Positions 1-10,772 of a DNA stretch of 64,000 nt are shown one piece after another. Made by a program: the position numbers and the translations under genes. Within the stretch, counting starts at the first letter, position 1. Every line of letters starts with the position of its first letter. The notes beneath the pieces were generated by a model. The model worked only from the letters and a program-made list of their open reading frames with translations. It was not told the DNA's origin and ran no database searches. Origin of the DNA: Candidatus Thorarchaeota archaeon (GTDB taxonomy: Archaea; Asgardarchaeota; Thorarchaeia; Thorarchaeales; Thorarchaeaceae); contig CAVSBO010000015.1 in assembly GCA_963726195.1 (NCBI GenBank), forward strand, positions 32,001 to 96,000, in the 5' to 3' direction.

Positions 1-246
1 CCTTATCTTAGCGCACAAGTCTGGCTCCTCTTGACACAGCAATTCCATGTCTCTTACGCCAACTTCCGCCCAGTATCTATCGAGTGCTTCTCTTGTCTCC
101 AGGCCGGTCGGTTCAATACACGGAGTCAGGCTACGCTGGATCCCATCCACGATTTCATCTAATGTCTGATTTCTGAGTCGCACTCGAGCCCAAAAATCGC
201 ATTTCTCACCTCTGCAGGGCCCTTTGACCATCACGCACCAGACCAT
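1..246 (-). CDS. Hypothetical Cys-rich protein, runs off the left edge (partial)
   Basis: Manual translation from ATG at 246: MVWCVMVKGPCRGEKCDFWARVRLRNQTLDEIVDG...LLCQEEPDLCAKIR, open to position 1; not in the ORF track because there is no stop. Confidence 0.55.
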   Translation of the reverse strand, partial: MVWCVMVKGPCRGEKCDFWARVRLRNQTLDEIVDGIQRSLTPCIEPTGLETREALDRYWAEVGVRDMELLCQEEPDLCAKIR

Positions 247-459
247 ATGATCAGCTCAAGTCCGAATCCGGGCAAGCCTTGCGTTTCTTAAGGCTTGTTT
301 CATGTGTTTGGTCAGGATGTGCTAGCATTGGATTCTTCCGATGTTGCATTCGCGGCTTGGCGGTTTATGACTGTGTAGAATACGCTTTTGCAGCTCTAGC
401 TGAGTCAAACCCGGTTTCTCAGGATGCGGGCTGCGCGGAGAGCTGGCACCCACGCCATG

Positions 460-876
460 TCACTCGGGTTCTTTCCATTCGCCGTGACTCTTGAGATACT
501 CAGCCTTCTCTGCAGCAGGATGAAGCTCGGCCACAGCGCCCATGTACTTGCCATTCAGGTCAAGAAGCGGATAGATATACTCATACAGAATGTTGCCACG
601 AAAGTTGACCCAACCTTGATACTTCTTTAGTTCTCCACTCTTCATTTGTCCGATCATCTTCAAGACGCCGGGCTCGGCTCTCTCGGGATGACAACGAAGA
701 ATGGAGCTGTCGAATCTGCTTTGTGCATCCTGTCCAAAGAGCTCACCTGCGGTCCGATTGAACATGACGATGCGTTCCTTGTCATCTATTACCACGACTG
801 CGACGTTCAGGGATTCCATGGCTGTGCGCAAGATATCGGGCTTAGCTTTCATTTGAGGCCACCAGTCTTGCACCAT
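460..876 (-). CDS. Stand-alone PAS domain protein (PAS_10/DUF438-associated type)
   Basis: PAS pattern 'ESLNVAVVVIDDKERIVMFNRTAGELFG', 'CHP' motif, 'PLLDLNGKYMGAV'; true start may be a downstream ATG. Confidence 0.8.
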   Translation of the reverse strand: MVQDWWPQMKAKPDILRTAMESLNVAVVVIDDKERIVMFNRTAGELFGQDAQSRFDSSILRCHPERAEPGVLKMIGQMKSGELKKYQGWVNFRGNILYEYIYPLLDLNGKYMGAVAELHPAAEKAEYLKSHGEWKEPE

Positions 877-972
877 CCGCGATATGTCGGGTTATTGTCC
901 TTTCCGATGACAACCTATTGGTGTTCTCCATCTAGGCCTGCATTCGCACTTGGAGTCGGTTGTGTTTTTTGC

Positions 973-2006
973 TCACTGACTGCGGCTTGTAATATGATAG
1001 TTCTTTCCGGCCTTAACTAACGCATTGACATTCTGGACTGGCGTTTCGATAGCCAAGTCACAGCCTGAGCTCAGGACAAAGCCATCAACAACCCCACCAA
1101 CAGCTTCGATGCATTTCCTGCTCGCGGCTGCCACTTCCTCTTGCGAGCCATTCAACAGCAACGTTGTGTCCACATTCCCAATGATTGTACATCTGCCATG
1201 TGAGATCTTGTACGCATTCGTTAGACTGGTGACAGAGTCCAAGCTGAGAGCGTCTGCTCCAGTCTCACACATTGCATCCAGAATCTTTGTAGTGTTTCCG
1301 CAGATGTGAAGCGTGGCTTTTGCACCTCTTGACTTGATGAAAGAAACTAGGCTCTTCACGTTTGGGGCGCAGAACTTGGCGAACCACTCGGGAGATATGA
1401 CGCTTGAGCTCCCCGTGGGCTCGAGTATTACGATATTATGAGATTCGGCACTCAGGAGTTCATCCACGTATGGTTCAATGACTCTGCGGCATTCCTTGGC
1501 AACAAGCGCAGTCTCCTCAGGGTTTTCCATTGCTAGTTCAAGCAGATTTTCTGCACCCATTAGTTGACCGGCCAGTGTGAACGGGCCAATTACGTAACTG
1601 CTTACGAGGTGGGTTTTTCCAACTTGACGGATTAGCTGCTTGGTGGTCTCTACGAACACACTCAACCTGCAGGTCTTGATGGATGGTAGTTCCAGATTGG
1701 AGAATACGGCGGCCTCTCTGATCGGGTACAAAGCCAAATAGGGAAAGGCCTTGTCTTGGAAATTGACGGGAGCTCCCAATGCCTCGGCCTCTGCAGTCAG
1801 GTCCATGCACGTCATGACGCCATCGTAGTCCACTTCTTGAGAGTCATTAACTGTGAATGTGCTTGCTTGTTTGCGTCTCTCAGAAGCTCAATCACAGAGT
1901 AGCCCGAGACCGTGGAGGAGAAGAGTCCCGCGAGAGGTATGACGGGCACGCGTTCTGGTTGCCTACGTTCTATACTCTGTAGAACCACATCCAGAGGTCT
2001 TGTCAT
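973..2006 (-). CDS. Uroporphyrinogen decarboxylase family, MtaA/CmuA-like methylcobamide:thiol methyltransferase (one frameshift near 1833)
   Basis: ORFs 1812..2006 (ERVPVIP N-terminus) and 973..1833 join; 'DLTAEAEALG', Zn motif 'LHICG' and 'LSSGCD', 'IGNVD'. Confidence 0.8.
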
Positions 2007-2266
2007 TTACGAGCACTTCTGCGCAGGAGTCGAATGCCCGTCATTAATCCTTGGTGATATCGACTGGTCGTCTGAATCTCATCCCTCTTTTCTGATTTGC
2101 GCATTCATCTGGCCACGAGAAAGACCTCCGCTCCTAGAGAACGCATTCGATGGCAAGCATGAGTACTCTTGGTCTCTCCTCAATCGGTATGTGACTGTAG
2201 CAAGGCAGTCACACATGATTAAATGCACTTTTGGTCAGCCCGTTATCTATAGGTTGGGTGTTAGAT

Positions 2267-2513
2267 ATGATGATTGACAATAACCTAGGGGCGGAACCGG
2301 ACGCCGTTCGACTCACAAAGAGCCAGACAATCGTACTGGATCTTCTCCGAAAGAACGGAATGAATGGTGCAACTCCTAAGCAGCTCTTGGACAAAGTCTC
2401 TTTTGCGCCAAGAACTGTCAGATACGCCCTGAGAAAGCTTCTGAAGAAGAAACTGATTAGGCGTGTGCCCTGCTTGCAGGACATGAGAACAGTGGATATA
2501 CGTGCCAGCATAG
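2267..2513 (+). CDS. Small winged-helix transcription regulator
   Basis: 'TPKQLLDKVSFAPRTVRYALRKLLKKKLIRRVPCLQDMR'; removing one A near 2488 gives the typical end DMRQWIYVPA*. Confidence 0.75.
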
Positions 2514-2593
2514 ACGGCCCCTGTAAAGACTGAAGTCTTCTTGCCCTCTGTGCTCTGGCAACAAACTCGAATGACATGTTTTTCAGAAGAGTG

Positions 2594-4015
2594 TCAATAC
2601 CCTTTTCGCAGTTCCATTCTCTCTGAGGTTCTGCTATCACTCCCAGCAAAGAGAATCTTGCCATGCGCTTTCACCAGTTCAGAGTAGACATCTATCGGAT
2701 TGTCAATTCTGCCCAGTTCGTGGGAGTTGTAGGCACAGATTGCTATCATTGGAATGTCAAGAGTCGTATGCAATGCTTGCTCGTACTCGAGGAGCTCCTT
2801 GGTTAGTCGATGCTGAATGAAACAGCTCATTTCACCTGTGACTCTTAGCCCCTTGAATCCCATGGCCATTGCTTCTCTATAGTAGTTGCCCCAAGAATCC
2901 ATCACATCTGGGATAGAGAATCTTCCATCCTTGATGTAGACGCTTGTGTAGTTCAGAATGTCTAGGGCACCTGTCTTCTCGTATTCCTCAACGTTGACAC
3001 CGAAGCTTCTCATGCCCTCTCTTATCTCGCTTGGAGTCTCCTCCGAACAGACGTACTTGGCTGCTTCTCCTCTCTCTAGACCGTACCTCATGTAGGCAAA
3101 GAGGGCTTCGCGTTTCACCTCGGGAGAGTTGTAGACCAGTATTGCATGATCCCTTGGCTTGAGACCCTTGAGAACCCGGGTCAGCTTGTCAGACGCCGAA
3201 AAGTGCATATCCCTCCAGTCGGTCGCCGTACGGAATTGATCCTCAAAGCCCCTCTGCATGAGAGTCACGAGGCTACTATCATCTGTCCAGAGCGTATTGT
3301 TTTCTGCCAATCCTTCGTCCGGAGAAGTTGTAATCATGGATTCCCTGCCGTCGAAGATGACGTATCGACTCGGAATCTCATCATGATATTTCAAGCTGAA
3401 TGAGTCTCTCGGTATGGAGCTCTCTAACACTCTCGGAACAGTGCCCTCATCACTGGGGCAGTTCGTCAGAATGCGAAACTTGACTCCCTTGGTACCGGCT
3501 TTCCTGAGTGCGTCAGCATAATTGAACATGAAGCGGATGATAGAATCACTGGAGTCTGCTAGGTCAATGCTCTTCCTTGCGTTCGCAGCTAGGATGGCTG
3601 TTCTTCTTGTAATCGCTTCTTTCTCTGATATCAAGATGAAGTGTGAGCCATTCTCTCTGAAATCTTCACTCTTGACTTCGGGTCTAAAGTTGCGGAGGAG
3701 TCTGTCCTTTTTGGTACTCAGTTCTGAGACCTCTTTATCGAGTTCCTCTTTCCTGTGTTCAATCAGGAGAGAGAGTGCATCTTCCAAAGGCAATGCCCTA
3801 ACCTTTACGGGTCTGCCCAGCACTCTGTCAATGAGTCCCGTCCTCTCCAGTTTGGGGAGCGTCCTATAGACCTCTTCTCGACGGATACCAGCCAACTTTG
3901 AGATCTTGCTCGCTGATGTTGGTCCCAATCTGACAACGGCCAAGTATACCTTGGCTTCATACGGCGTGAGGCCAAAGTCAGACAACATCTTGGCACCGTC
4001 TTCCAAGTGCGACAT
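2594..4015 (-). CDS. TrmB-family regulator with a C-terminal MEDS sensory domain
   Basis: N-terminal 'FGLTPYEAKVYLAV..SKISKLAGIRREEVYRTLPKLE..GL'; middle effector-binding domain 'YVIFDGRESMI'; MEDS 'HAILVY..GLERGE..LRVTGEM..LLEYE..ICAYN'. Confidence 0.85.
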   Translation of the reverse strand: MSHLEDGAKMLSDFGLTPYEAKVYLAVVRLGPTSASKISKLAGIRREEVYRTLPKLERTGLIDRVLGRPVKVRALPLEDALSLLIEHRKEELDKEVSELSTKKDRLLRNFRPEVKSEDFRENGSHFILISEKEAITRRTAILAANARKSIDLADSSDSIIRFMFNYADALRKAGTKGVKFRILTNCPSDEGTVPRVLESSIPRDSFSLKYHDEIPSRYVIFDGRESMITTSPDEGLAENNTLWTDDSSLVTLMQRGFEDQFRTATDWRDMHFSASDKLTRVLKGLKPRDHAILVYNSPEVKREALFAYMRYGLERGEAAKYVCSEETPSEIREGMRSFGVNVEEYEKTGALDILNYTSVYIKDGRFSIPDVMDSWGNYYREAMAMGFKGLRVTGEMSCFIQHRLTKELLEYEQALHTTLDIPMIAICAYNSHELGRIDNPIDVYSELVKAHGKILFAGSDSRTSERMELRKGY

Positions 4016-4204
4016 GGCTGTGAGTCTCCTCCCACAGAGATTGTCACTGCGAAGATGCGCCGCCAGCGTATTTGAGACTATTGTACCAAGTTGTTTTGTA
4101 CGGTTGTCTCTACGCGACTCGTGCGGGGCGCCTAAGGAGAGGCAAGTAGCAAACTGCTAATGCTTATTTCGGGGATGTGACCCGGCAAACCATGAGGAAG
4201 GAAC

Positions 4205-5968
4205 TTGGCAAGGGAACCGAGGTATCTCACGCTGTTCATCCTTTCAGTGATCATCGTATCGTCGACCTACATGGTTTGGTCTGCTGAGCGGGGATTGGGT
4301 GAAGTCACAGTTGAGAACATGCAGATAACGCGAACAAATGGCCGGGTGGTTGATTTCTCGGTCTACAAACCACGCATCATTACATACGGCAAGCCCCTGC
4401 CAGTCGTTCTTACGATTCATGGTATCTCTGCATCAAGGGGAGAGATGCTGCCCATTAACATTGAATTGGCCCGCAGGAACTTCACGGTTGTTTCCGTGGA
4501 CTTGGCTGGACACGGAGTCTCATCCGAGAACGTTCAGCTTCGCGACGTTCTTGGAAATCGTCACGGACGCTTACGAAGCCGTCCACTATGTCCAGGCTAA
4601 CGACGCTGATTCTAGCAAGTCGACTTGGGGTGTTATTGGTCACTCACTGGGCGCTGGTGTTGCGATGCTCATGCAGGACATGCCAGTCCAGCCCAATGCC
4701 ACGGTAATCATAGGCGGAGGCATGGGCGAGAACTTTGGCGGTCTCTCTATGCCCTTGAACCAGACCAGCCCACGCAACCTGATGATAGTATGTGGACTCT
4801 ACGATGAGCTCGTTTCGCCGGAGCTTGCGTATTCGACTCTAAGAACCGCAACGGGACTCTCCAGCGTTTCAGAGGGCACGACTTACGGTGACTTCTCGAA
4901 TGGGAGCGCAAGAAGCTCGTGCTCAGCACCACAGACCATCTTTTCGAGGTTTCTGATGCCACCATAGTAATGCAGTCAGTGGACTGGCTTGGCCGGTCCC
5001 TACAAGGAGTATCTCAACTTGTTCAACACACGCTTCCTCCTTCAAATCAAATCTACCAGTATGCGGGAATAGGCGGCTTGGTCCAAGCTTCAGCGCTGCT
5101 GCTCTCCGTCTTTCCGTTGTACCTGATTGCGTACTCCAGATTGCCAGCTCGGCTGAGACCGCGTGCTGTCACCGATGAACGTCCTCCCGTAGGGTATTCG
5201 AGAGCTTTGAGATTCAGTCTCCTGTTGGGCTCCGTAACCGCCGTGCTGTTCTTGTTGCTGGTATTCACAGGTCTCATAATGGAGTTTGCAGGGATTGTCA
5301 TAGTCCCTGTGTCTTTCGGCACAGCGTTCACGTTTTTGTCTTTGGTTACGTTCCCGATCTCCGTTTACTTTGTTCGAAGAACCTTCGGGCCGTCACAGAT
5401 GCAGCCTCAAGTTGCGCCTAGCCCAGCGTCTAGAATGAAGCGGACACTTGACAATCTTGCGAGGTCACTGATACCCATTATTCCCATAGTCGTATGGCTG
5501 TGCGTGTGGTCTTACCTCTCATCATCACTTGCTGGTGGCAAAATCGGTGCCACACCCCAGACCATCGGCGGCGCTGTGCTGGTCAGGGCACTCTCCACAG
5601 TTGTCCTCACTTTCACACTCTACCCTCTATTCTATGCAGACGTTCTTTGGCTTGACAGAGTCGTTGGCATCGTCTCCGGATGGGCTTCATTTATCTCGCT
5701 GTCCAAGAAGTCCGTGGCAATAGTCGTCTGCAAGCTGGCGGGGTTTGGAATCGTGATAGCAGCACTGTACTTGCCATTTCTGGCTGGAATTCAATTCGGT
5801 TTCGTGATGTTTGTTGCCTTGTTGATGCTCCCCTTTGCCTTAATCTTTGGCCTAACTGCTCTGATGACCCTGTGGGCGGGAGGGCTGTCGAAGAGCTATA
5901 TGTCTGTAGCCCTGCTCAATGCATTTCTTCTCGCAGTAATCATTGCGAGCACATTCGAAATCATCTAG
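4205..5968 (+). CDS. Membrane-bound alpha/beta hydrolase (N-terminal TM, GHSLG nucleophile, multi-TM C-terminus); two frameshifts near 4530 and 4910
   Basis: Three overlapping ORFs give continuous motifs: 'TIHG', 'SVDLAGHGVS', 'GHSLG', 'GLYDELV', 'TTDHLFE', then about 8 hydrophobic helices. Confidence 0.75.
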
Positions 5969-6016
5969 CATGGTGTAAGAGACTGAGGAACAACAGCGTC
6001 CTCAGTCGTCGTCCCA

Positions 6017-7273
6017 TTATGTCCCTTCAGCATATGCTTTCGCATATGCGGTCTGTTCCGTTGTCAACTTGTCGATCTTGATGCCCATTGTCTCAAGCTT
6101 TGCCATGGCCGTCTGTTTGTCAAGATCATCTGGAAACGTGTAAACCGCAGGCTTCAACGTCTTGCCGTGCGCGGACAACCACAGCATCGCATTCAGTTGG
6201 GCTGCAAACGAAAGATCCATCACCTCCGATGGGTGGCCCTCAGCCGCAACAAGGTTGACTAGCCGTCCCTCGCCTAAAAGGTACAAACGTCTGCCGTCCT
6301 TAAGCACGTATTCATCAAGTGATGGGCGGACTCTCTTCTTTCCCGTACTGAGTGCATCAAGGTCATTGCAGTTAATCTCCACGTTGTAATGGCCGGCATT
6401 ACCGAGAATCGCCCCATCTTTCATGACCTTCATGTGTTCGCTATTCACTATGTCCTTCATGCCAGTTGACGTTATGAACAGGTCTCCTTCTTTTGCTGCC
6501 TGTTTCATTGGCATGACCCTGTACCCGTCCATGCGTGCTTGAAGCGCCCTGACAGGATCAACTTCTGTTACTATAACATCAGCACCGAGACCTCTCGCCC
6601 TTGTCGCAAGTCCGTGCCCACAGAAACCGTAGCCGGCTATGACCACGGTCTTTCCTGCAATTAGTATTGCAGAAGCTCGCAAGACTCCATCGAACGTGCT
6701 TTGCCCTGTACCGTACACATTGTCAAACATATGCTTGGTGGCCGCATCATTGACTGCCATGATAGGGTACTTCAGAGCACCATCCTGTGCCATGGCCCTT
6801 ACTCTAATCACTCCGGTTGTTGTTTCCTCTGACCCTCCGTAAAGGTTGGTAATCAAGTCCTCATGCTTACGATGCAGTGTGAATATAAGATCCGCACCGT
6901 CATCGAGAGTCAGGTTTGGGTGATACTCCAACGTCTTCTCTATGCACCAGTAGTACTCCTCTTTGTTCAAGCCATTCCACGCAAACACGGGCACATTGTT
7001 GGCCGCCAGAGCGGCTGCGACCTTGTCATTCGTTGAAAGAGGATTGCAACCGCACCACGCAACTTCTGCTCCTGCTGCTCTCAGAGTTTCCACAAGCACA
7101 GCTGTCTCCTTGGTTACATGCAGGCAACCAGACACCCTCATGCCTTTGAGCGTCTTTTTCTCTGAATGCTGTTTTCTCAGATGCATCAGCACCGGCATGT
7201 GCTTCTCCGCGTAATCGATTAGCATCCTGCCTTCTTGGGCAAGTGCAATGTCCTTTACCTTGTAGTCTGTCAT
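6017..7273 (-). CDS. ahcY: Adenosylhomocysteinase
   Basis: 'GCLHVTKET', 'CNPLST', 'DDGAD', 'EETTTG', 'KHMFDNVYGT', 'GRLVNL', 'GHPSEVMDLSF'. Confidence 0.98.
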   Translation of the reverse strand: MTDYKVKDIALAQEGRMLIDYAEKHMPVLMHLRKQHSEKKTLKGMRVSGCLHVTKETAVLVETLRAAGAEVAWCGCNPLSTNDKVAAALAANNVPVFAWNGLNKEEYYWCIEKTLEYHPNLTLDDGADLIFTLHRKHEDLITNLYGGSEETTTGVIRVRAMAQDGALKYPIMAVNDAATKHMFDNVYGTGQSTFDGVLRASAILIAGKTVVIAGYGFCGHGLATRARGLGADVIVTEVDPVRALQARMDGYRVMPMKQAAKEGDLFITSTGMKDIVNSEHMKVMKDGAILGNAGHYNVEINCNDLDALSTGKKRVRPSLDEYVLKDGRRLYLLGEGRLVNLVAAEGHPSEVMDLSFAAQLNAMLWLSAHGKTLKPAVYTFPDDLDKQTAMAKLETMGIKIDKLTTEQTAYAKAYAEGT

Positions 7274-7414
7274 GTTGCAGTCGATTCCATAGAAGCCGTC
7301 TGCCTTATGAATCCTCCATTAGGAAGATACAGTTTGGCGGCTCAGTTTCTAGAACCAACCCCTCCAATGCGGCTCCAATATCAAGTCCCTTCGTTGTCAG
7401 TATGCGGCGGCATG

Positions 7415-7984
7415 TCAGCTTCCAGATTGACCAAGCCATACACTACTCCACAGCGCATGTCTATTCTTCACGGCGATTGTCATCAGTGATACAAGCATTA
7501 TCAGACTCACGAGCACATTTGCAGCGAAGAAACCCTGCTGCAGATCTCCTCCTTCAGCGAAGAAAAGCACAAGAATGCCGGGCAAGGCTGTCGGATTGAC
7601 CCACGGCCACAAAAGCTGATTGTAGGGATGCATAGGGACATCCAATAGAAGGTGACCGAGTAAGCCCAACAGACATGAAATCCCGAGGGTCCTATTCATT
7701 GTACACGCGTCGTTGAGCTTTGCTCGTTCGATTCCAAAGAGCCGGGCGATCACAGGAGGATAAACAAAGTGTGTTATCCCGAGCGCGATGAGAAGCCCAA
7801 CAGTGACCGCACCAATCAGACTGTGCAGAATCCAATGGTCGTAAACCCCATTGCCAAGCATCCATAAGACTGGAACCTCAATGTCCGGTACAAACGATCC
7901 AATGACCAGACCGGGCATGGAGAGCCCTTTACCAAGCGCATGAAGTGCATACGGAATGGGGTAGTGGAACGGAGTGAGTGGCAT
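7415..7984 (-). CDS. DUF4184-like membrane-bound putative metal-dependent hydrolase
   Basis: 'MPLTPFH', 'GSFVPDIE', 'LHSLIG', 'GHLLLD..MH' motifs with TM helices. Confidence 0.7.
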   Translation of the reverse strand: MPLTPFHYPIPYALHALGKGLSMPGLVIGSFVPDIEVPVLWMLGNGVYDHWILHSLIGAVTVGLLIALGITHFVYPPVIARLFGIERAKLNDACTMNRTLGISCLLGLLGHLLLDVPMHPYNQLLWPWVNPTALPGILVLFFAEGGDLQQGFFAANVLVSLIMLVSLMTIAVKNRHALWSSVWLGQSGS

Positions 7985-8047
7985 CGATGTTCACGAGCTG
8001 CCGCGCGATACAACCGACCGATCAAGTACTCTGATATGAGGACCTGA

Positions 8048-8887
8048 CTACTTCACCACGACTCGGGTGCACGTTACACTCTGACCTTTGAGCAGAGCGA
8101 TAAGGCTCCCCTGTTTCATCATTGAAAGCAAAGTGACTTCCAGACCTGCTTTGACCAGGTCTTTGGCCTGTGCAATCGACGCCAGTTTTCCCTTGATTGC
8201 GCCACTTGCATCAACAGTTGTCGAAGAGCCGATTCGCGTCAAGACTTTGTCGATATCGTTGAGGTTGACCTCGTCAATGATAGATGCTTTGGGATCCGTC
8301 TTGGGATTGCCTGTGTAGATTCCTCCTACGTCCATCGCGAAGATTAGACGTTTGGCTTCAAGCTCACGAGCCATCAGCACTGCGAGTTGATCGCCGCTTC
8401 CTACACTGAATCCCATCGCTGTGTCATATAGCATGTCACCACCGAGTAACGGCACCATTCCTAGGGATAGGTATCCTTTCAGGGGGTCTAGGAAATACTT
8501 GACAATGCGCATCTTCTCTGCCACAACCATCGAGGACGGATGAAACAGATTAACGGGCAATCCGGCCTGTTGGAATTCGCTCTCAACCATTTGACGGAAC
8601 TCATTCACAATGCGTTGCGTGTTGGACAGAGGAATGAGTTGTTCGGGTCCCTTGAAACCCTTGTGGAGATTGTGTTCGAGAATCGGTGGATGACCGTATG
8701 ACCCGACCCCTTGCACTACAACCAAGGACTTGATGAGTCCACCATCAATGCATGTCTTGAGTTCCCGTGTGACAGACCTGATTACTGATTTGCGTGCTTC
8801 ATAGGGCTTCGACTTGTCTGTAAGGAGCGATCCGCCCAGCTTAATCACTGTAAGGTCCTTTTCCATTGCCCCGACACCGCCTGACAT
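8048..8887 (-). CDS. ipk: Isopentenyl phosphate kinase (amino-acid kinase family)
   Basis: 'IKLGGSLLTDK', 'GSYGHP' (IPK His), 'GD...GFSVGSGD', 'DVGGIY', 'DASGAIKGKL'; alternative start 8866. Confidence 0.85.
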   Translation of the reverse strand: MSGGVGAMEKDLTVIKLGGSLLTDKSKPYEARKSVIRSVTRELKTCIDGGLIKSLVVVQGVGSYGHPPILEHNLHKGFKGPEQLIPLSNTQRIVNEFRQMVESEFQQAGLPVNLFHPSSMVVAEKMRIVKYFLDPLKGYLSLGMVPLLGGDMLYDTAMGFSVGSGDQLAVLMARELEAKRLIFAMDVGGIYTGNPKTDPKASIIDEVNLNDIDKVLTRIGSSTTVDASGAIKGKLASIAQAKDLVKAGLEVTLLSMMKQGSLIALLKGQSVTCTRVVVK

Positions 8888-8888
8888 C

Positions 8889-9678
8889 CTAGATACTTAG
8901 CAATGCGAACGGCCACCATGTCGGCATAAAGTAGATGAACAGAAAGACCATGACAATCACCGCAAATGGCACTGTCCAGTTGTCTACGTTCTTGGGTGAG
9001 AGCGCTTCGATTATTGTGGCCACCAAGCTGATTACGAGAATTGGCAGAAACAGGTGAACGAGATTATACGTTGCGATTTCTAGGGAGAAGATGACAATCA
9101 GGACATAGCTGAACAGAAAGGAGCCAAAGAACATGCCAGCAGACCCGACTAGTGTCTTCTCTGCGCCGCCGACACCGAACTTCCTGTTGCCGCCATACTT
9201 ACGGCCGATGACATCAGCAAGTCCGTCACCTCCAGCTGAGGCAGCCAAAGATGACGAGCCCTAGGGGAGTCACAGGATAATAGAACCAAAAGAACGTCAC
9301 TATGACTATCATTATCGCGTAGTAGAGAGTTCCTCTAAGTAGCTCTCTTGGATCTCCAGAGCGCGACATCGATGCAACAAAGGACTCATTCTTCACCTTT
9401 CCAGCTCCTATTGCAGCGAATAGAAGCACAAACAAGATGGGCACAATCATTGCGAAGTAGCGACTGTAGGTATCGCCAGGGTATAGATACCAAGTCAACG
9501 CGAATACGGGTGCCGCAAAGATGTGTACGACCTTACGTGTCACGTTAGCCGATAGCTTGCCACTCTTACGAATGGCTCCGTTTATTTGCACGACCATCAT
9601 GACTGCTATTATAGACAACACCATTGCAATTAGGTTCCAGAGCAGTACTGAGCTAGGACCCAAGGGATTCAGAAACAA
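8889..9678 (-). CDS. CTP-dependent prenyl-alcohol kinase (phytol/farnesol/dolichol kinase family); frameshift near 9235
   Basis: 'TRKVVHIF', 'SMSRSGDPRELLRGTLYY', 'GDGLADVIGRKYG', 'KTLVGS', 'VDN'. Confidence 0.8.
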
Positions 9679-9883
9679 CTACTTTTTTCCTCCTCTCGCA
9701 TAATGTGCTACTTGGCTTGGCCGAGCCACCCTATAAATAGTGTTGAAATCCGGGCGCGGAATGTGTGTCGCAACTCTCCGAACGGTCTTCCGGTCCGTCT
9801 GTTCAGTGAGCAGGCTAGCTGTCCGCTATTGTTTCAATACTCTTTTAGCCCCCAGACTGTGAGTGATTTTTGGTGTCAGAACG

Positions 9884-10417
9884 ATGGGCTTGTACAAGTT
9901 CGATGGCAAGATGCCCAAGGTTCATCCCGGTGCGTATGTCTCTTCTCGTGCATCTGTAATTGGAGACGTCGAAATCGGGGACGGAACAAGCGTCTGGGAA
10001 TTCGCAGTGATTCGTGCTGACATGAACAAGATTCGCATTGGGAAGAACACGTCTATCCAAGACAATTGCACAGTGCACTGCACATTCATGAATCCGACCA
10101 CGATAGGTGATTTGGTCACTGCAGGTCACAACTCAGTGATTCATGCGTGTGAGATAGGTAATCAGGTCGTTGTGGGTATCGGTGCGATAGTTCTCAACGG
10201 TGCCAAGATTGGAGATGGAAGTGTCATAGGTGCAGGAGCAGTTGTCACGGAGAACACTCAAATCCCTCCAAACTCTCTAGTGCTGGGAATACCTGGAAAG
10301 GTCATCAAGGAGGTATCCCCAGAGATGCACGAGTCCTTCAAGACAAATGCAGAAATGTACGTCGAGCTTGGAAAGAAACACAAACAGGAATCGGAGCGTT
10401 CCAAGCAGACTAAATAG
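9884..10417 (+). CDS. Gamma-class carbonic anhydrase family hexapeptide-repeat protein
   Basis: 'IRAD..IRIG..TSIQDNCTVH', 'GHNSVIH' metal-binding His residues, 'GIPGKVIK'. Confidence 0.92.
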   Translation: MGLYKFDGKMPKVHPGAYVSSRASVIGDVEIGDGTSVWEFAVIRADMNKIRIGKNTSIQDNCTVHCTFMNPTTIGDLVTAGHNSVIHACEIGNQVVVGIGAIVLNGAKIGDGSVIGAGAVVTENTQIPPNSLVLGIPGKVIKEVSPEMHESFKTNAEMYVELGKKHKQESERSKQTK

Positions 10418-10772
10418 GGCTTGCTTCGACCAAGAACAGTCATCGGCTTAGTTTGCCTCCATCTCCTCTGTTTTGGGCAGTATCGGTCTGTACAGAGTCA
10501 CATCTTGTGACTCTCAGCAGTGACCCCGAAACGTGGCTTCGCATTATATACTAAACCTGAGTCGTGTTGCTCGTGAAATAACATGGCACACGAAAGCAAT
10601 TCCCGGAACATAGCTGTAACGAAGAACAGAAAGATTGCAAATGCACAGTCCACTGCTGCACTGGCGTACGCCTTCGCAACTGTTGTGAGGTGAACAACAT
10701 GGTTGAGACCAAGAACGCTCGTAGGACGATTGCTCTTAAGCCAAGGTCCTCGACGGAGGCAATTGTCTTCGT

